A stretch of 64,000 nt of DNA from an uncultured Clostridia bacterium (lineage in GTDB: Bacteria; Bacillota; Clostridia; Christensenellales; CAG-917), in assembly GCA_949283145.1 (NCBI GenBank), contig CASDRL010000036.1, positions 9,817 to 73,816 on the forward strand. Reading direction: 5' to 3'. Each line of letters starts with the position of its first letter. Within the stretch, counting starts at the first letter, position 1. The translations under genes were made by a program, and so were the position numbers. Positions 8,250-17,941 of this stretch are shown here, piece after piece. The notes under the pieces were generated by a model. That model had not been told where the DNA came from, did no database searches, and worked only from the letters and a program-made list of their open reading frames with translations.

Positions 8250-8981
8250 ATGAAAAAAACCGAGAAGTCGGACAAGTTTATTTCGCAGGTGGCGGCGAAC
8301 ATGGGCGTGCGTGCCTCAACGCTGCGGTTTTGGGAAAGCGAAGGGCTGGTGACGTTCGAGCGCAACGGCGAGAACAATTACCGCACGCCGTCTCTGCAAA
8401 ACCTTTTGCAAGTGTTCGATGTTGTGCTATACCGCAGTTTAGATATGCCGATCGAAAAGATAAAGTCCTATTTCGGCGCGGATCTGGACACAATGCAGGC
8501 TTTGCTCAACGACGACCTGAACGCCGTCGCGGACAAGATCGCCGCTTTGCAACACACGGCGCAACGCATACGCGAACGCGAGAAAGCCGTCAGTCGCGCT
8601 CGCGCGCTTTCGGGCAGCGGACAGGTGACGGTGAATGCGGCTCTCCCTGCTTTCCGCCCTTTCACTTACGACAGCCGAGCGGACATAGAACTCATGCTGC
8701 GCGACTGCACTCTCACGGGGCTGCACCGCCGCAAAGGGGAGAAAAAACACGAGTTCATATCCTTTGACGAAAGCCGAGTCATGCCCGAAAAAGAGTATGT
8801 GTTCGGGCTGCTGAAAGTGGACACCGACACCCAGGAAATGCTCAACGCGGAGGATTTCCGCGCTTACGCGGCTCGGCTCGGCAGGACGGGCGGAGATATG
8901 TTCGGCAGATACCTCACCACGGCGGCGGAAAACGGAGTGCGGACGGATTTTTACGAAGCCTTCCTCGAAACGGAGGATTGA
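8250..8981 (+). CDS. MerR family transcriptional regulator with C-terminal effector-binding-like domain
   Basis: GAGGGAAA RBS; N-terminal HTH FISQVAANMGVRASTLRFWESEGLV; divergent to the MATE pump (classic multidrug-regulator arrangement). Confidence 0.8.
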   Translation: MKKTEKSDKFISQVAANMGVRASTLRFWESEGLVTFERNGENNYRTPSLQNLLQVFDVVLYRSLDMPIEKIKSYFGADLDTMQALLNDDLNAVADKIAALQHTAQRIREREKAVSRARALSGSGQVTVNAALPAFRPFTYDSRADIELMLRDCTLTGLHRRKGEKKHEFISFDESRVMPEKEYVFGLLKVDTDTQEMLNAEDFRAYAARLGRTGGDMFGRYLTTAAENGVRTDFYEAFLETED

Positions 8982-9113
8982 AAGCATTTTTCCGCAGGAT
9001 TTTTCCCGCCCGCCGTTCGCGCGCTTGTGCAAACGGAAAATTTGTTGTATAATTCTCCTGAATTAAATTGCGAACGGGCGTCGGCGCTCCGCGCGCCTCG
9101 TCAAGGAGGACTA

Positions 9114-10067
9114 ATGGACAAAAATTTCATCGAAAAGCAAGTTGACGCCATCCGTGCTCAGGTCGGCGACAAGAAAGTGCTGCTCGGGCTCTCGGGCGGC
9201 GTGGACAGCTCGGTGTGCGCCGCGCTCATCCACAAGGCGATCGGCAACAACCTCATCTGCGTCTTCGTCAACCACGGGCTTCTGCGCAAGGGCGAGTTCG
9301 AACAGGTGCAGCAGGTGTTCAGGGATCAGTTCGGCATGAACCTCATCGCCGTGGACGCCGAGGATCGCTTCCTCGACAAGCTGAAGGGCGTCTCCGACCC
9401 CGAGAAGAAGCGCAAGATCATCGGCGAAGAGTTCGTCCGCGTCTTCGAGGAAGAGGCGAAGAAACTCGGCAAGGTTGAGTTCTTGGCGCAGGGCACCATC
9501 CTCCCCGACATCATCGAGAGCGGCACCGACGGCAAAAACAAATTGGTCAAGTCCCATCACAACGTTGGCGGTCTGCCCGCCGACATCGGCTTCGAAGGCT
9601 TGGTGGAGCCCGTCCGCGACCTTTACAAATTCGAGGTCCGCGAGGTCGGACGCGCGCTCGGTCTGCCCGATTTCATCGTCGACCGTCAGCCCTTCCCCGG
9701 TCCCGGTCTCGGCGTGAGATGCATCGGCGAGATCACTCGCGAGAAACTCGCCATTCTGCGCGATGCGGACTTTATCTTCCGCGAAGAGATCGAAAAAGCC
9801 GGACTCGGGACAAAAGTGTGGCAATATTTCGCCATCATCAACGACAGCCTTTCCACCGGTGTGGACGCCACGGGCGGCAGAACGTATGAGCATATGATCG
9901 CCCTGCGCGCCATCAACACTCACGACGCCGTCACCGCCGATTGGGTGGAACTGCCCTACTCCGTGCTGCGCGCCGCGTCCTCCCGCATCGTGAAAGAGGT
10001 CAAAGGCGTCAACCGCGTCGTCTACGACATCACCGCAAAACCCCCCGCCACCATCGAGTGGGAGTGA
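9114..10067 (+). CDS. guaA: GMP synthase ATP-pyrophosphatase subunit (GuaA C-terminal half only, no glutaminase domain)
   Basis: AAGGAGGA RBS then ATG at 9114. PP-loop [22 protein letters not shown]-terminal PPATIEWE. 317 aa, starting directly at the PPase domain. Confidence 0.85.
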   Translation: MDKNFIEKQVDAIRAQVGDKKVLLGLSGGVDSSVCAALIHKAIGNNLICVFVNHGLLRKGEFEQVQQVFRDQFGMNLIAVDAEDRFLDKLKGVSDPEKKRKIIGEEFVRVFEEEAKKLGKVEFLAQGTILPDIIESGTDGKNKLVKSHHNVGGLPADIGFEGLVEPVRDLYKFEVREVGRALGLPDFIVDRQPFPGPGLGVRCIGEITREKLAILRDADFIFREEIEKAGLGTKVWQYFAIINDSLSTGVDATGGRTYEHMIALRAINTHDAVTADWVELPYSVLRAASSRIVKEVKGVNRVVYDITAKPPATIEWE

Positions 10068-10190
10068 TCCTGATCTATAAAAAGGACGGCAGCAATGCCG
10101 TCCTTTTTCATTTCCACTCACCGAGACTTGTGCTCGACGTTCGTATAAATACACTTGCATAATATTGTTTAGCCATATATAGTTTTTTTC

Positions 10191-11303
10191 ATGACCGATA
10201 ACAATGCGGCGATCTCCGCGGAAAACGATGCCTGTGTAAACGAATTGCTCCCTTCCCCCGCAAAACCGCGGCGGAACGCTTCCTTTGAACTGCTGCGCAT
10301 CATCTGCATGTTTTTCATCATAGGGCACCATTTCGTCTGCCACGGCGGATAGGATGCGGGAGTGACCGACGCCGTGAGCGCCGTTTTCATAAAATTGTTC
10401 GGTTCCCTTTTCCTGCCGTCCGTCAATCTTTTTGTGATGATAAGCGCCTACTTCTCGTGCACTTCGCGCTCGGAACGCATCAATGTGCGCAAATCGGCAA
10501 AACTCTGGGGACAGCTCTTCTTTTACAGCATATTTCTCTTTACGGTGTTCACCGCGACGAACACCATCCCTTACTCCGGCGAGGGACTGCTGCAAACCCT
10601 ATTGCCGACGCTGAAAGAAAAATATTGGTTTTTCAGCGCCTACATCGTCATGCTCGTGCTATCGCCCTTCATCAATGCGATGCTGCGCGATCTGTCGAAG
10701 AGGAGCCACCTCACCCTCTGCCTGATCATCATCGTCGCCGCAGGCATAACGGCGGACGCGCACATTTTCAACACGACGGGCATCTCCAACGGATACAACG
10801 CGATCTGGTTCTGCTGCCTTTACGTGATCGCGGCATATCTCAGGCTGCATGACGTGCGCCTGACGCGCAAGACCGCGCTGATCGGCGGGCTGTTTTACGC
10901 CGCCGCGACGATAGCCGGGTGCTTCGCCTCCTTCAAATATTCCTCCGCCACAACGAGCCTCAGCTCAATATTCATCTTCCTCGCCTTCAAACATCTGAAC
11001 ATCAAAAACGTGCGCGCCGCGAACGCCATATGTTTCATCTCGCCGCTGACATTCGGGATCTACCTCATTCACGACAGCCCGGAAATGCGCTCGTTCATGT
11101 ACGAAAACATCTTCCACAGTTCCGAGATGTACGATCTTCCCGCCTCATTCCTCATTTTCCTGGCATTCGCTGCCGCGACTTTCGTCGCCTGCGCCATAGG
11201 CGAACTTCTGCGCCGCGAAGCCGCCCGATCGATCGTACACATTGTAAAATATCTCAAAACGCGCATCGAAGCGCGCAAGATCCCGCCCTCCCCTGCCGGC
11301 TGA
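10191..11303 (+). pseudogene. acyltransferase family 3 membrane protein interrupted by an in-frame TAG (10350-10352)
   Basis: ATG 10191 gives MTDNNAAISAENDACVNELLPSPAKPRRNASFELLRIICMFFIIGHHFVCHGG, then TAG, then the same frame continues as DAGVTDAVSAVFIKLF... (track ORF 10362-11303). The two parts together form a typical acyltransferase_3 protein. Confidence 0.7.
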
Positions 11304-11344
11304 CGGCACGGATGAGATCCGACACGCCCATCCGCCGAACGCCG

Positions 11345-11680
11345 CCGAAACAAGTGACGGCGGCATTTTGACGCGGAACGCGCACCCTATATTTTATGTA
11401 AAGACCGACGGCGGCATTTGGATGAGATGCGCGAAAAAACCAAGCGAGAACGAAACGAGTGAGGGCAATATTCGGATGAAGTGCAAGGAAAGCACCCCTT
11501 TGTCTTACGGAAAAACTGACGGCGATATTTTAGCGTCAGACAAGGAAAAGCCCCCAAACAGCAACGAAACGAGTGAGGGCAATATTTGGATGCAGAACGC
11601 GAAAGCGCCCCTTTTTGTTTTACGGAAAGACTGACGGCGATATTTTAGCGTCAGACAAGGAAAAGCCCCCGTCGGGAGGC
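11345..11680. repeat. 114-bp tandem repeat (two full units 11451-11564 and 11565-11678, plus a diverged partial unit upstream)
   Basis: Units begin CGAAACGAGTGAGGGCAATATT(C/T)GGATG and end ACTGACGGCGATATTTTAGCGTCAGACAAGGAAAAGCCCCC. Each contains the hairpin CTGACG-N12-CGTCAG. The 88-aa track ORF here is only a translation of the repeat. Confidence 0.85.
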
Positions 11681-11722
11681 GGAGCGTACAATGACGTACG
11701 TGAGCATCCACGACGGGGGCTT
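11663..11722 (-). terminator. long hairpin downstream of the ABC exporter operon (probable terminator; member of a dispersed repeat family)
   Basis: AAGCCCCCGTCG (11663-11674) pairs with CGACGGGGGCTT (11711-11722). On the reverse strand it follows the stop at 11751 and is followed by TTCCTTG. The loop carries GGAGCGTAC-N6-GTACGTGAGC. Confidence 0.5.
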
Positions 11723-11750
11723 TGACGCAGTATCACGCAAAATAGCGCCG

Positions 11751-13688
11751 TCAGTCCAATTCGAAGGCGCCGGTATAAAGCTGATAATACCTCCCCTGCT
11801 GTGCTATGAGCTGCTCGTGATTGCCGCGTTCGATGATCTCGCCGTGTTCGAGGACGAGGATGACGTCGGCGTTGCGGACGGTGGAAAGGCGGTGAGCGAT
11901 GATGAAGACTGTCCTGCCGTTCATGAGACTGTCCATACCCTTTTCGATGAGCTTTTCGGTGCGGGTGTCGATGGAGGAGGTCGCCTCGTCGAGGATGAGA
12001 ACAGGGGGATCGGCAACGGCGGCACGTGCGATGGAGAGGAGCTGCCTCTGCCCTTGCGAGAGGTTGGCGCCGTCGCCGGAGATCATGGTGTCGTAGCCCT
12101 GCGGCAGATGGCGGATGAAATGGTCCGCATTGGCAAGGCGGGCGGCGTTTTCCACTTCCTCGTCGGTGGCGTCGAGATTGCCGTAGCGGATGTTGTCGCG
12201 CACGGTGCCCGTGAAGAGGTGTGTGTCCTGCAACACCATGCCGAGAGAACGGCGCAGATCGGGTTTCTTGATCTTTTTGATGTTGATGTTGTCGTAGCGG
12301 ATCTTGCCCTCTTCTATGTCGTAGAAGCGGTTGATGAGGTTGGTGATGGTGGTCTTGCCCGCGCCTGTGGAGCCGACGAGCGCGATCTTCTGCCCCGGTT
12401 TGGCGACGAGACTGACATCGTGCAGCACCGTCTTTTCAGGCACATAGGAGAAGGTGACGTCCTCAAACTCCACCTCGCCCGTCCATTTGACGTAGGTGGT
12501 GGTGTCGGTCGCCTTGTGATAGTGCTTCCAAGCCCATTGACCGGTGCGGACATCGCTCTCGGTGACGGTGCCGTCCTCCGCGACGTTGGCGTTGACGAGG
12601 GTGACGTAGCCTTCGTCCGTCTCCGGCTCGGCGTCGATGAGCGCAAAGATGCGTTCCGCGCCCGCGAGCGCCATGAGGATGCTGTTCATCTGCTGGGACA
12701 TCTGTCCTATGGGCGCGCTGAACTGCCTGGAGAATTGCAGGAAGGCGATGAGACTGCCCAGCTCCATTATGCCGCCGATCCTGATGTCCGCGGCGATGAA
12801 GAGGGAGCCCACGATGGCGGTGATGGCATAGTTGATGTAGCCGATGTTGCCGAGGATGGGCATGAGGATGTTGGCGTAGGTGTGCGCTTTGCGGGAGGCG
12901 CCTCTGAGGGTGCCGTTGATGCCGTCGAACGCCGCCTTTTCCGCGTCCTCGTGGCAGAACACTTTGACGACGCGCATGCCTTCGATGTGCTCCTCGACAT
13001 AGCCGTCAAGCACGCCGATCGCCTTCTGCTGCCGCACGAAATGTTTGCCCGATTTGCCGCCCACGTACTTCACGATGAAGAACATGATGACCAGCATCAC
13101 CACGATGAAGAGGGTGAGCAGCCAGTTGATGACCATCATCGCTATGAAGATACCGAGCACCGTGAGCCCGTTGGAAATGAGATAGGGCACGCCGTTCGCC
13201 ATGAGCTCGCGCAGGGTGTCCGTATCGTTGGTGTAGCAGCTCATGATGTCGCCGTTTGCGTGGGTGTCGAAAAAGCGGATGGGCAGCTTCTGCATCCTCT
13301 CGAACATCTGGTCGCGGATGGTGCGCTGGATCTGAGTGGTCATGTTGACGATGATCCAGTTGTAGGCGTAATGCAGCAGCGCGCCGACGAGATAGAGGGA
13401 AGCCATCACGCCGACCATCACGGCAAAGTCCGCGATGGTGACATCCGTCGCCCCGTTCGCGAGCGGAACGATATAATCGTTGATGACGGTGGAAAGCATA
13501 AACGTGCCGCCCACGGTCGTCCCGACATTGAGGATGAGAGAGATCGCCGCGAGAATGACTCTTCCCTTATACGGCTTGAAGTAGGAGAGGATGCGCAGGA
13601 AGGTCTCCATAGGATGACCGGCGGTATACTTTTTTCCGCCTATGAGCTGCCCCGAGACAGGTGCGGAATGTTCCTTTTTGCGGCTCAT
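11751..13688 (-). CDS. ABC exporter permease/ATPase fusion, consensus-site half of a heterodimer
   Basis: 645 aa; 6-TM domain + NBD with GSTGAGKTT, LSQGQRQLL, LILDEATSSID. ATGA overlap with the upstream partner gene. Confidence 0.9.
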   Translation of the reverse strand: MSRKKEHSAPVSGQLIGGKKYTAGHPMETFLRILSYFKPYKGRVILAAISLILNVGTTVGGTFMLSTVINDYIVPLANGATDVTIADFAVMVGVMASLYLVGALLHYAYNWIIVNMTTQIQRTIRDQMFERMQKLPIRFFDTHANGDIMSCYTNDTDTLRELMANGVPYLISNGLTVLGIFIAMMVINWLLTLFIVVMLVIMFFIVKYVGGKSGKHFVRQQKAIGVLDGYVEEHIEGMRVVKVFCHEDAEKAAFDGINGTLRGASRKAHTYANILMPILGNIGYINYAITAIVGSLFIAADIRIGGIMELGSLIAFLQFSRQFSAPIGQMSQQMNSILMALAGAERIFALIDAEPETDEGYVTLVNANVAEDGTVTESDVRTGQWAWKHYHKATDTTTYVKWTGEVEFEDVTFSYVPEKTVLHDVSLVAKPGQKIALVGSTGAGKTTITNLINRFYDIEEGKIRYDNINIKKIKKPDLRRSLGMVLQDTHLFTGTVRDNIRYGNLDATDEEVENAARLANADHFIRHLPQGYDTMISGDGANLSQGQRQLLSIARAAVADPPVLILDEATSSIDTRTEKLIEKGMDSLMNGRTVFIIAHRLSTVRNADVILVLEHGEIIERGNHEQLIAQQGRYYQLYTGAFELD

Positions 13689-15592
13689 TTTTCCACCTCC
13701 TCTTCCGTTGTTCTCGAGTCCGCCCCGGCATCCGCGCCGCAGGCTTCGGCATAAACGGCAGCCGCCTCGTCCGAGCCGCGCTGCTGGGAATAATAGACGT
13801 CCTGATAGATCTTGTTGGAAGCGAGCAGCTCCTCGTGCGTGCCGATGGCATCTATCCTGCCGTCATCCATGACGACGATCTTGTCCGCGTCCTGCACCGA
13901 GCCGATGCGCTGCGCGATGATGAACACCGTGGTGGAGCCGAACTCCTCCTTCAGACCTTTGCGGATCGCCGCGTCCGTCGCGGTGTCCACGGCGGAAGTG
14001 GAGTCGTCCAGGATCATGACCTTGGGATGCTTCAGAAGCGCCCTCGCGATGCACAGTCTCTGTTTCTGTCCGCCCGAGACGTTGACGCCGCCCTGCCCCA
14101 GCTCCGTATCGTAGCCGTCCGGGAAGGACATGACGAAGTCGTGCGCCTGCGCCGCACGTGCGGCGTGCTCGATCTGCTCGTCCGTGGCGTCGGGGTTGCC
14201 CCATTTCAGGTTCTCTTTTATCGTGCCGGAGAACAGCACGTTCTTTTGCAGCACCATCGCGACCGCGTCGCGGAGGGTGTCCAGTTTATAATCTCTGACG
14301 TCAACGCCGCCCACTTTGACGGAGCCGCTACTGACGTCGTAAAGGCGGGGGATGAGCTGCACCAGCGTGCTCTTCGCCGAGCCCGTCCCGCCGATGACGC
14401 CCACCACTTCGCCGGGCTTCACGTGAAGATCCACGCCTTCGAGGTTGAGGACGTCGCCTGTCTTGGAATAAGAGAAATCGACGTTGTCGAAATCTACGCT
14501 GCCGTCCGCAACTTCGAGCGCCTTGGGATCGGGATTGTCCGCGATGTCGGGCACTTCGCGGAACACTTCCGCGATGCGCCCCGCGGACGCGCGGGAAAGC
14601 ACCAGCATCACGAACACCATCGCCACCATGCCGAGAGACATCAGGATCTGCATGATGTAGTTGAGGAACGCCGCGAATGAGCCGTAGTGCATGCTGCCCG
14701 CGATTATGTTGTTGCCGCCGAACCACACCACCGCGATGATGCACCCGAACGCGACGATCTGCATGAGCGGCATCGCGATGACCAGCATCTTCTCGGCGGA
14801 GAACTGCAACTTCTGCACGAGGGAGCTGATCTTCATGAACTTCTCCGTCTCGTGATCCTCTCTGACGAAGGTCTTGACGGTGCGGATGGCGGTGAGGTTC
14901 TCCTGGGTGATCTCGTTCATATCGTCGTACTTTTTCAGCATCTTGGTAAAGCGCGGGAAGACGACGATTATGCCGATGATGAGCCCGAGCACGATGACGG
15001 GCAGCGCGACGGCGAAAACCACCGCAAGGTCCGCATTGATGGAGATCGCCATGCCGAGCGCAAGCGCGAGCATGACGGGAGCGCGCACCAGCACTCTGAT
15101 GACCATCATGTAGGACATCTGCACGTTGGTGATGTCAGTGGTGAGACGGGTGACGAGACCCGCGGTGTTGAAACGGTCGAGGTTGGCAAAGCTGAAGTCC
15201 TGGACTTTGTAGTAGATCTTCTGCCTGACATTGGCACCGAAACCCGTCGCGGCATACGCCGCATATCTGCCCGACAGCACGCCGAACAGCAGCGACATCA
15301 ACGCCATCACCACCATCATGGCACCGCAGATGACGATGAATTTCACACTGGAATCCACCGTGAACAGCTCCGTATTCGACGCACCGAGCTGCAAATTGAA
15401 AGTGTATTCCGAAAGACCCTCGGCAAGTCCGACGTCGATGATCTGAGACATGATGATGGGGATGAACACTTCCAGCACCACCTCTAACACGACAAAAACG
15501 GCAGTCAGCACGGACGCGAGTTTATACTCGCCCACGCACCCCGCGAGCAAACCGAGGACGCCCTTCTCTTTGGAAGTTTTTGCCTTTGACAT
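13685..15592 (-). CDS. ABC exporter permease/ATPase fusion, degenerate-site half of a heterodimer
   Basis: Start MSKAKTSKEK at 15592 with GGAGAGAG RBS (track start 15802 is upstream of the promoter). Walker A GGTGSAKST, signature VSGGQKQRL, Walker B ILDDSTSAVD (catalytic Glu replaced by Asp). Confidence 0.9.
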   Translation of the reverse strand: MSKAKTSKEKGVLGLLAGCVGEYKLASVLTAVFVVLEVVLEVFIPIIMSQIIDVGLAEGLSEYTFNLQLGASNTELFTVDSSVKFIVICGAMMVVMALMSLLFGVLSGRYAAYAATGFGANVRQKIYYKVQDFSFANLDRFNTAGLVTRLTTDITNVQMSYMMVIRVLVRAPVMLALALGMAISINADLAVVFAVALPVIVLGLIIGIIVVFPRFTKMLKKYDDMNEITQENLTAIRTVKTFVREDHETEKFMKISSLVQKLQFSAEKMLVIAMPLMQIVAFGCIIAVVWFGGNNIIAGSMHYGSFAAFLNYIMQILMSLGMVAMVFVMLVLSRASAGRIAEVFREVPDIADNPDPKALEVADGSVDFDNVDFSYSKTGDVLNLEGVDLHVKPGEVVGVIGGTGSAKSTLVQLIPRLYDVSSGSVKVGGVDVRDYKLDTLRDAVAMVLQKNVLFSGTIKENLKWGNPDATDEQIEHAARAAQAHDFVMSFPDGYDTELGQGGVNVSGGQKQRLCIARALLKHPKVMILDDSTSAVDTATDAAIRKGLKEEFGSTTVFIIAQRIGSVQDADKIVVMDDGRIDAIGTHEELLASNKIYQDVYYSQQRGSDEAAAVYAEACGADAGADSRTTEEEVEK

Positions 15593-15652
15593 ATCTCTCT
15601 CCGAAAGCACACAAGGGGCGAAAGCCCGACAAGTGTCGCATTCAATAATAAG

Positions 15653-15681
15653 ATTATATGTTAACGTAAAATTAAAGTCAA
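15653..15681 (-). promoter_or_regulatory. sigma70-type promoter of the heterodimeric ABC exporter operon
   Basis: Reverse strand TTGACT (15681-15676), 17-nt spacer, TATAAT (15658-15653), in an AT-rich patch. Confidence 0.5.
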
Positions 15682-15971
15682 CAAACTTACCCGCATATAT
15701 CCTCTTGAATTTTCCCCCTCTCCGCCCTATGCCGGACAGGAATGATACGGCCCGGATCAGGCGCCGCCCGTCCTTTATGGCGGGGCGAGATATCGAAGGC
15801 AAATATCACACCATAGGCACTTTATGTTACGTTTTAGCATTGTAAACTCCGCTTTTTGACAAAACACGGAAAGCTCCGTCCGCACTGCACCGCGGCGCGG
15901 AAAGAATTTTTCCGCAATGTGGCGCGAACGCTTGCTTTTTTCATAAAAAAAGAATACAAATATCCATCTGT

Positions 15972-17129
15972 ATGAGCGTACTCGTCGGCAGACATCACTC
16001 CGCGTCTCCGCGGATGAATATCTTTCTCGGGCTTTTGAAAAGCCACGTCGTCCTCATCGTGGCGCTTGCCGCCGCGGCGGTGACCTGTTTCTTCGTGACC
16101 CCCGACGCAGCCTACGCCGACTACTTCGACCTCGACACCCTTTCTTGTCTCTTCTGCACCCTCGCCGTGGTCAGCGCTCTCAAAGAGCGCAAATTCTTCG
16201 AATGGCTGGCGGGCAAGATCGTCACCGCGTTCGGCAACATGCGCCGCGTTGCTTTCGCGCTCGTCTTCGTCACCTATTTCGGGTCAATGATCATGGCGAA
16301 CGATATGGCGCTCGTTACCTTCCTCCCCCTCGGGTTCTACGTGCTCTCCTCCTGCGGCAAAAAGGAGTACACCGCCTTCGTCTTCGTCATGCAAAACGTG
16401 GCGGCGAACCTCGGCGGGATGCTCACCCCCTTCGGCAACCCCCAGAACCTCTACCTCTATTCCTATTATTCCATCGCGGCGGGAGAATTCTTCAAGATAA
16501 TGGCGCTGCCCTTTGCGGTCGCGTTCCTGCTCATCGCCGTCACCTGCCTCTTCGTCAAGCCCGTGCACGTCGAGCTCGAGACCCCGGAGACCGCCGCGCC
16601 GCCCGCGTGGAGGATGATCGTCTACTTCGTCCTCTTCGCGCTCTCCGTGCTCATCGTGTTCCGCGTCTTCCCATTCTATGTGGGGCTCATCGTCGTCACC
16701 GTCGCCCTCCTCATCCTCGAGCCCAAAGCCTTCCTGCACGTGGACTACGCGCTGCTCCTCACATTCTGCGCTTTCTTCGTGTTCTCGGGCAACCTCGCGC
16801 GCATCCCCGCCGTCGAGCAGACCCTCGGCTCACTCGTCGCGCTATCCCCCCTCCTCGTCGGCACCGCGTCCTGTCAGGTCATCAGCAACGTCCCCTCCGC
16901 CGTCCTGCTCTCCCGCTTCACCACGGACTACCGCCACCTCCTCGTCGCGGTCAACATCGGCGGGCTCGGCACCCCCGTCTCCTCGCTCGCAAGCCTCATC
17001 ACCCTCGGCGAATATCGCAAACGCGAGCCCGGCAAAACGGGACGCTACCTCGCCCTCTTCTCCCTCGTCAACTTCCTCTTCCTCGCCGTCCTCATCGGCG
17101 CAAGTTACCTGAACGACCTCATCCTGTGA
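15972..17129 (+). CDS. ArsB/NhaD-superfamily (CitMHS-like) anion transporter family permease
   Basis: 385-aa polytopic ORF; LGGMLTPFGNPQNLYL and NIGGLGTPVSSLASL motifs. Start uncertain (15972 or MNIF at 16014). The overlapping 425-aa Arg/Pro-rich ORF is a frame shadow. Confidence 0.75.
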   Translation: MSVLVGRHHSASPRMNIFLGLLKSHVVLIVALAAAAVTCFFVTPDAAYADYFDLDTLSCLFCTLAVVSALKERKFFEWLAGKIVTAFGNMRRVAFALVFVTYFGSMIMANDMALVTFLPLGFYVLSSCGKKEYTAFVFVMQNVAANLGGMLTPFGNPQNLYLYSYYSIAAGEFFKIMALPFAVAFLLIAVTCLFVKPVHVELETPETAAPPAWRMIVYFVLFALSVLIVFRVFPFYVGLIVVTVALLILEPKAFLHVDYALLLTFCAFFVFSGNLARIPAVEQTLGSLVALSPLLVGTASCQVISNVPSAVLLSRFTTDYRHLLVAVNIGGLGTPVSSLASLITLGEYRKREPGKTGRYLALFSLVNFLFLAVLIGASYLNDLIL

Positions 17130-17324
17130 CCGCCCTTCCTGACGGACACGGCGCCGCAGCCCGCACCGCCGCGATGAGCGGCATATCCCTCTCGTCACCG
17201 CCCGCGCTGCGGGAAGCATCGTCGCAAGGCGACGCGACATCCCGTGCCTCCGCCGCCCCTCTCCCCCGTTTGCCGCGCCGCGAACCGATGTTTTCAAAAA
17301 TCCCCGCCACTTGCCGCAATTCCG

Positions 17325-17353
17325 TTGACAAAGCCCCCGCAAAAACATATAAT
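17325..17353 (+). promoter_or_regulatory. consensus sigma70 promoter of tRNA-Thr
   Basis: TTGACA (17325-17330), 17-nt spacer, TATAAT (17348-17353), 31 nt before the tRNA 5' end. Confidence 0.6.
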
Positions 17354-17384
17354 CATATAGCATTCTCCGCAAGGAGACCGAAAT

Positions 17385-17460
17385 GCTGCTATGGCTCAGT
17401 AGGTAGAGCACATCCTTGGTAAGGATGAGGTCACCGGTTCAAATCCGGTTAGCAGCTCCA
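17385..17460 (+). tRNA. tRNA-Thr (anticodon GGU), CCA encoded
   Basis: Cloverleaf by hand: acceptor GCTGCTA/TAGCAGC, D arm GCTC-AGTAGGTA-GAGC, anticodon arm CATCC-TTGGTAA-GGATG, T arm ACCGG-TTCAAAT-CCGGT, discriminator T, CCA. 76 nt. Confidence 0.95.
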
Positions 17461-17941
17461 CACAGCCGCAAGGCATCATTAGCAACACCCCGCAAGTTAT
17501 GCGGGGTGTTCGCGTTTTGCCCCACGCGAAAAATCAAAGATTTTTCCCGCGGGGACCCCGTATGTGCCTGCGGCTTTGCCCCACAAAGTGTCCTCGCTTT
17601 GCTGCGGTACTTTGCGGGGACCCCGCCGTGTTTCCGCAAAAGAAAAAATGCAAGACATTCGCTTGCTCCTCGTTTTGTCACCTTGTTCCGAAACTATCGC
17701 GTTGCTCTCTGATTTTTGCTCCGCGGGGTTGGCGGCTCCCGCCGCCTGTTCTTTTTTGCAAGGACGAGTGGGGTTTTGTGTTGTCGCACGAACCGGATTT
17801 TCACCTTTCGCTAACGCGATTTTTTACCCCGGCCGAAAAATCAAAGATTTTCACCCGGGGGCCCCGAAACGCCCTGCGTGAACTCCGCACGCAGATCGGA
17901 TGGCGCAAAATACGCTATTCCGTCGCACTTTGTGCTCCTTA
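17461..17941. repeat. 481-bp ORF-free mosaic repeat segment between tRNA-Thr and a duplicate of its 3' end
   Basis: Contains a terminator-like hairpin CACCCCGCAAGTTATGCGGGGTG, sub-repeats CGAAAAATCAAAGATTTT (17527 and 17834), and blocks homologous to 33224-33492. Only low-complexity shadow ORFs overlap it. Confidence 0.7.

Noticed and set aside
10350-10352. TAG as a recoded sense codon (pyrrolysine or alternative genetic code)
   Set aside because: polA terminates with TAG at its expected end (37406-37404). This is the only in-frame TAG I saw in a gene, and no pyl genes are in the window. A nonsense mutation or sequencing error is more parsimonious.
11368-11634. 88-aa ORF in the repeat region
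   Set aside because: Its peptide periodicity (NETSEGNI(R/W)M twice) is just the translated tandem DNA repeat. It has no RBS.
11345-11680. Possible CRISPR array
   Set aside because: The units are contiguous 114-bp tandem copies with no unique spacers between short repeats, and no cas genes are nearby.
11681-11705. Resemblance of GAGCGTAC..GTACGTGAGC to group II intron domain V
   Set aside because: There is only a 5-bp stem. It lacks the two-helix, bulged 34-nt domain V architecture and a GNRA loop. No reverse-transcriptase/maturase ORF or other intron domains are nearby.
16145-17422. 425-aa plus-strand ORF overlapping the CitMHS-like gene and running into tRNA-Thr
   Set aside because: It is a Pro/Arg-rich frame shadow. 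It overlaps the tRNA promoter and tRNA gene, which is implausible for a CDS.
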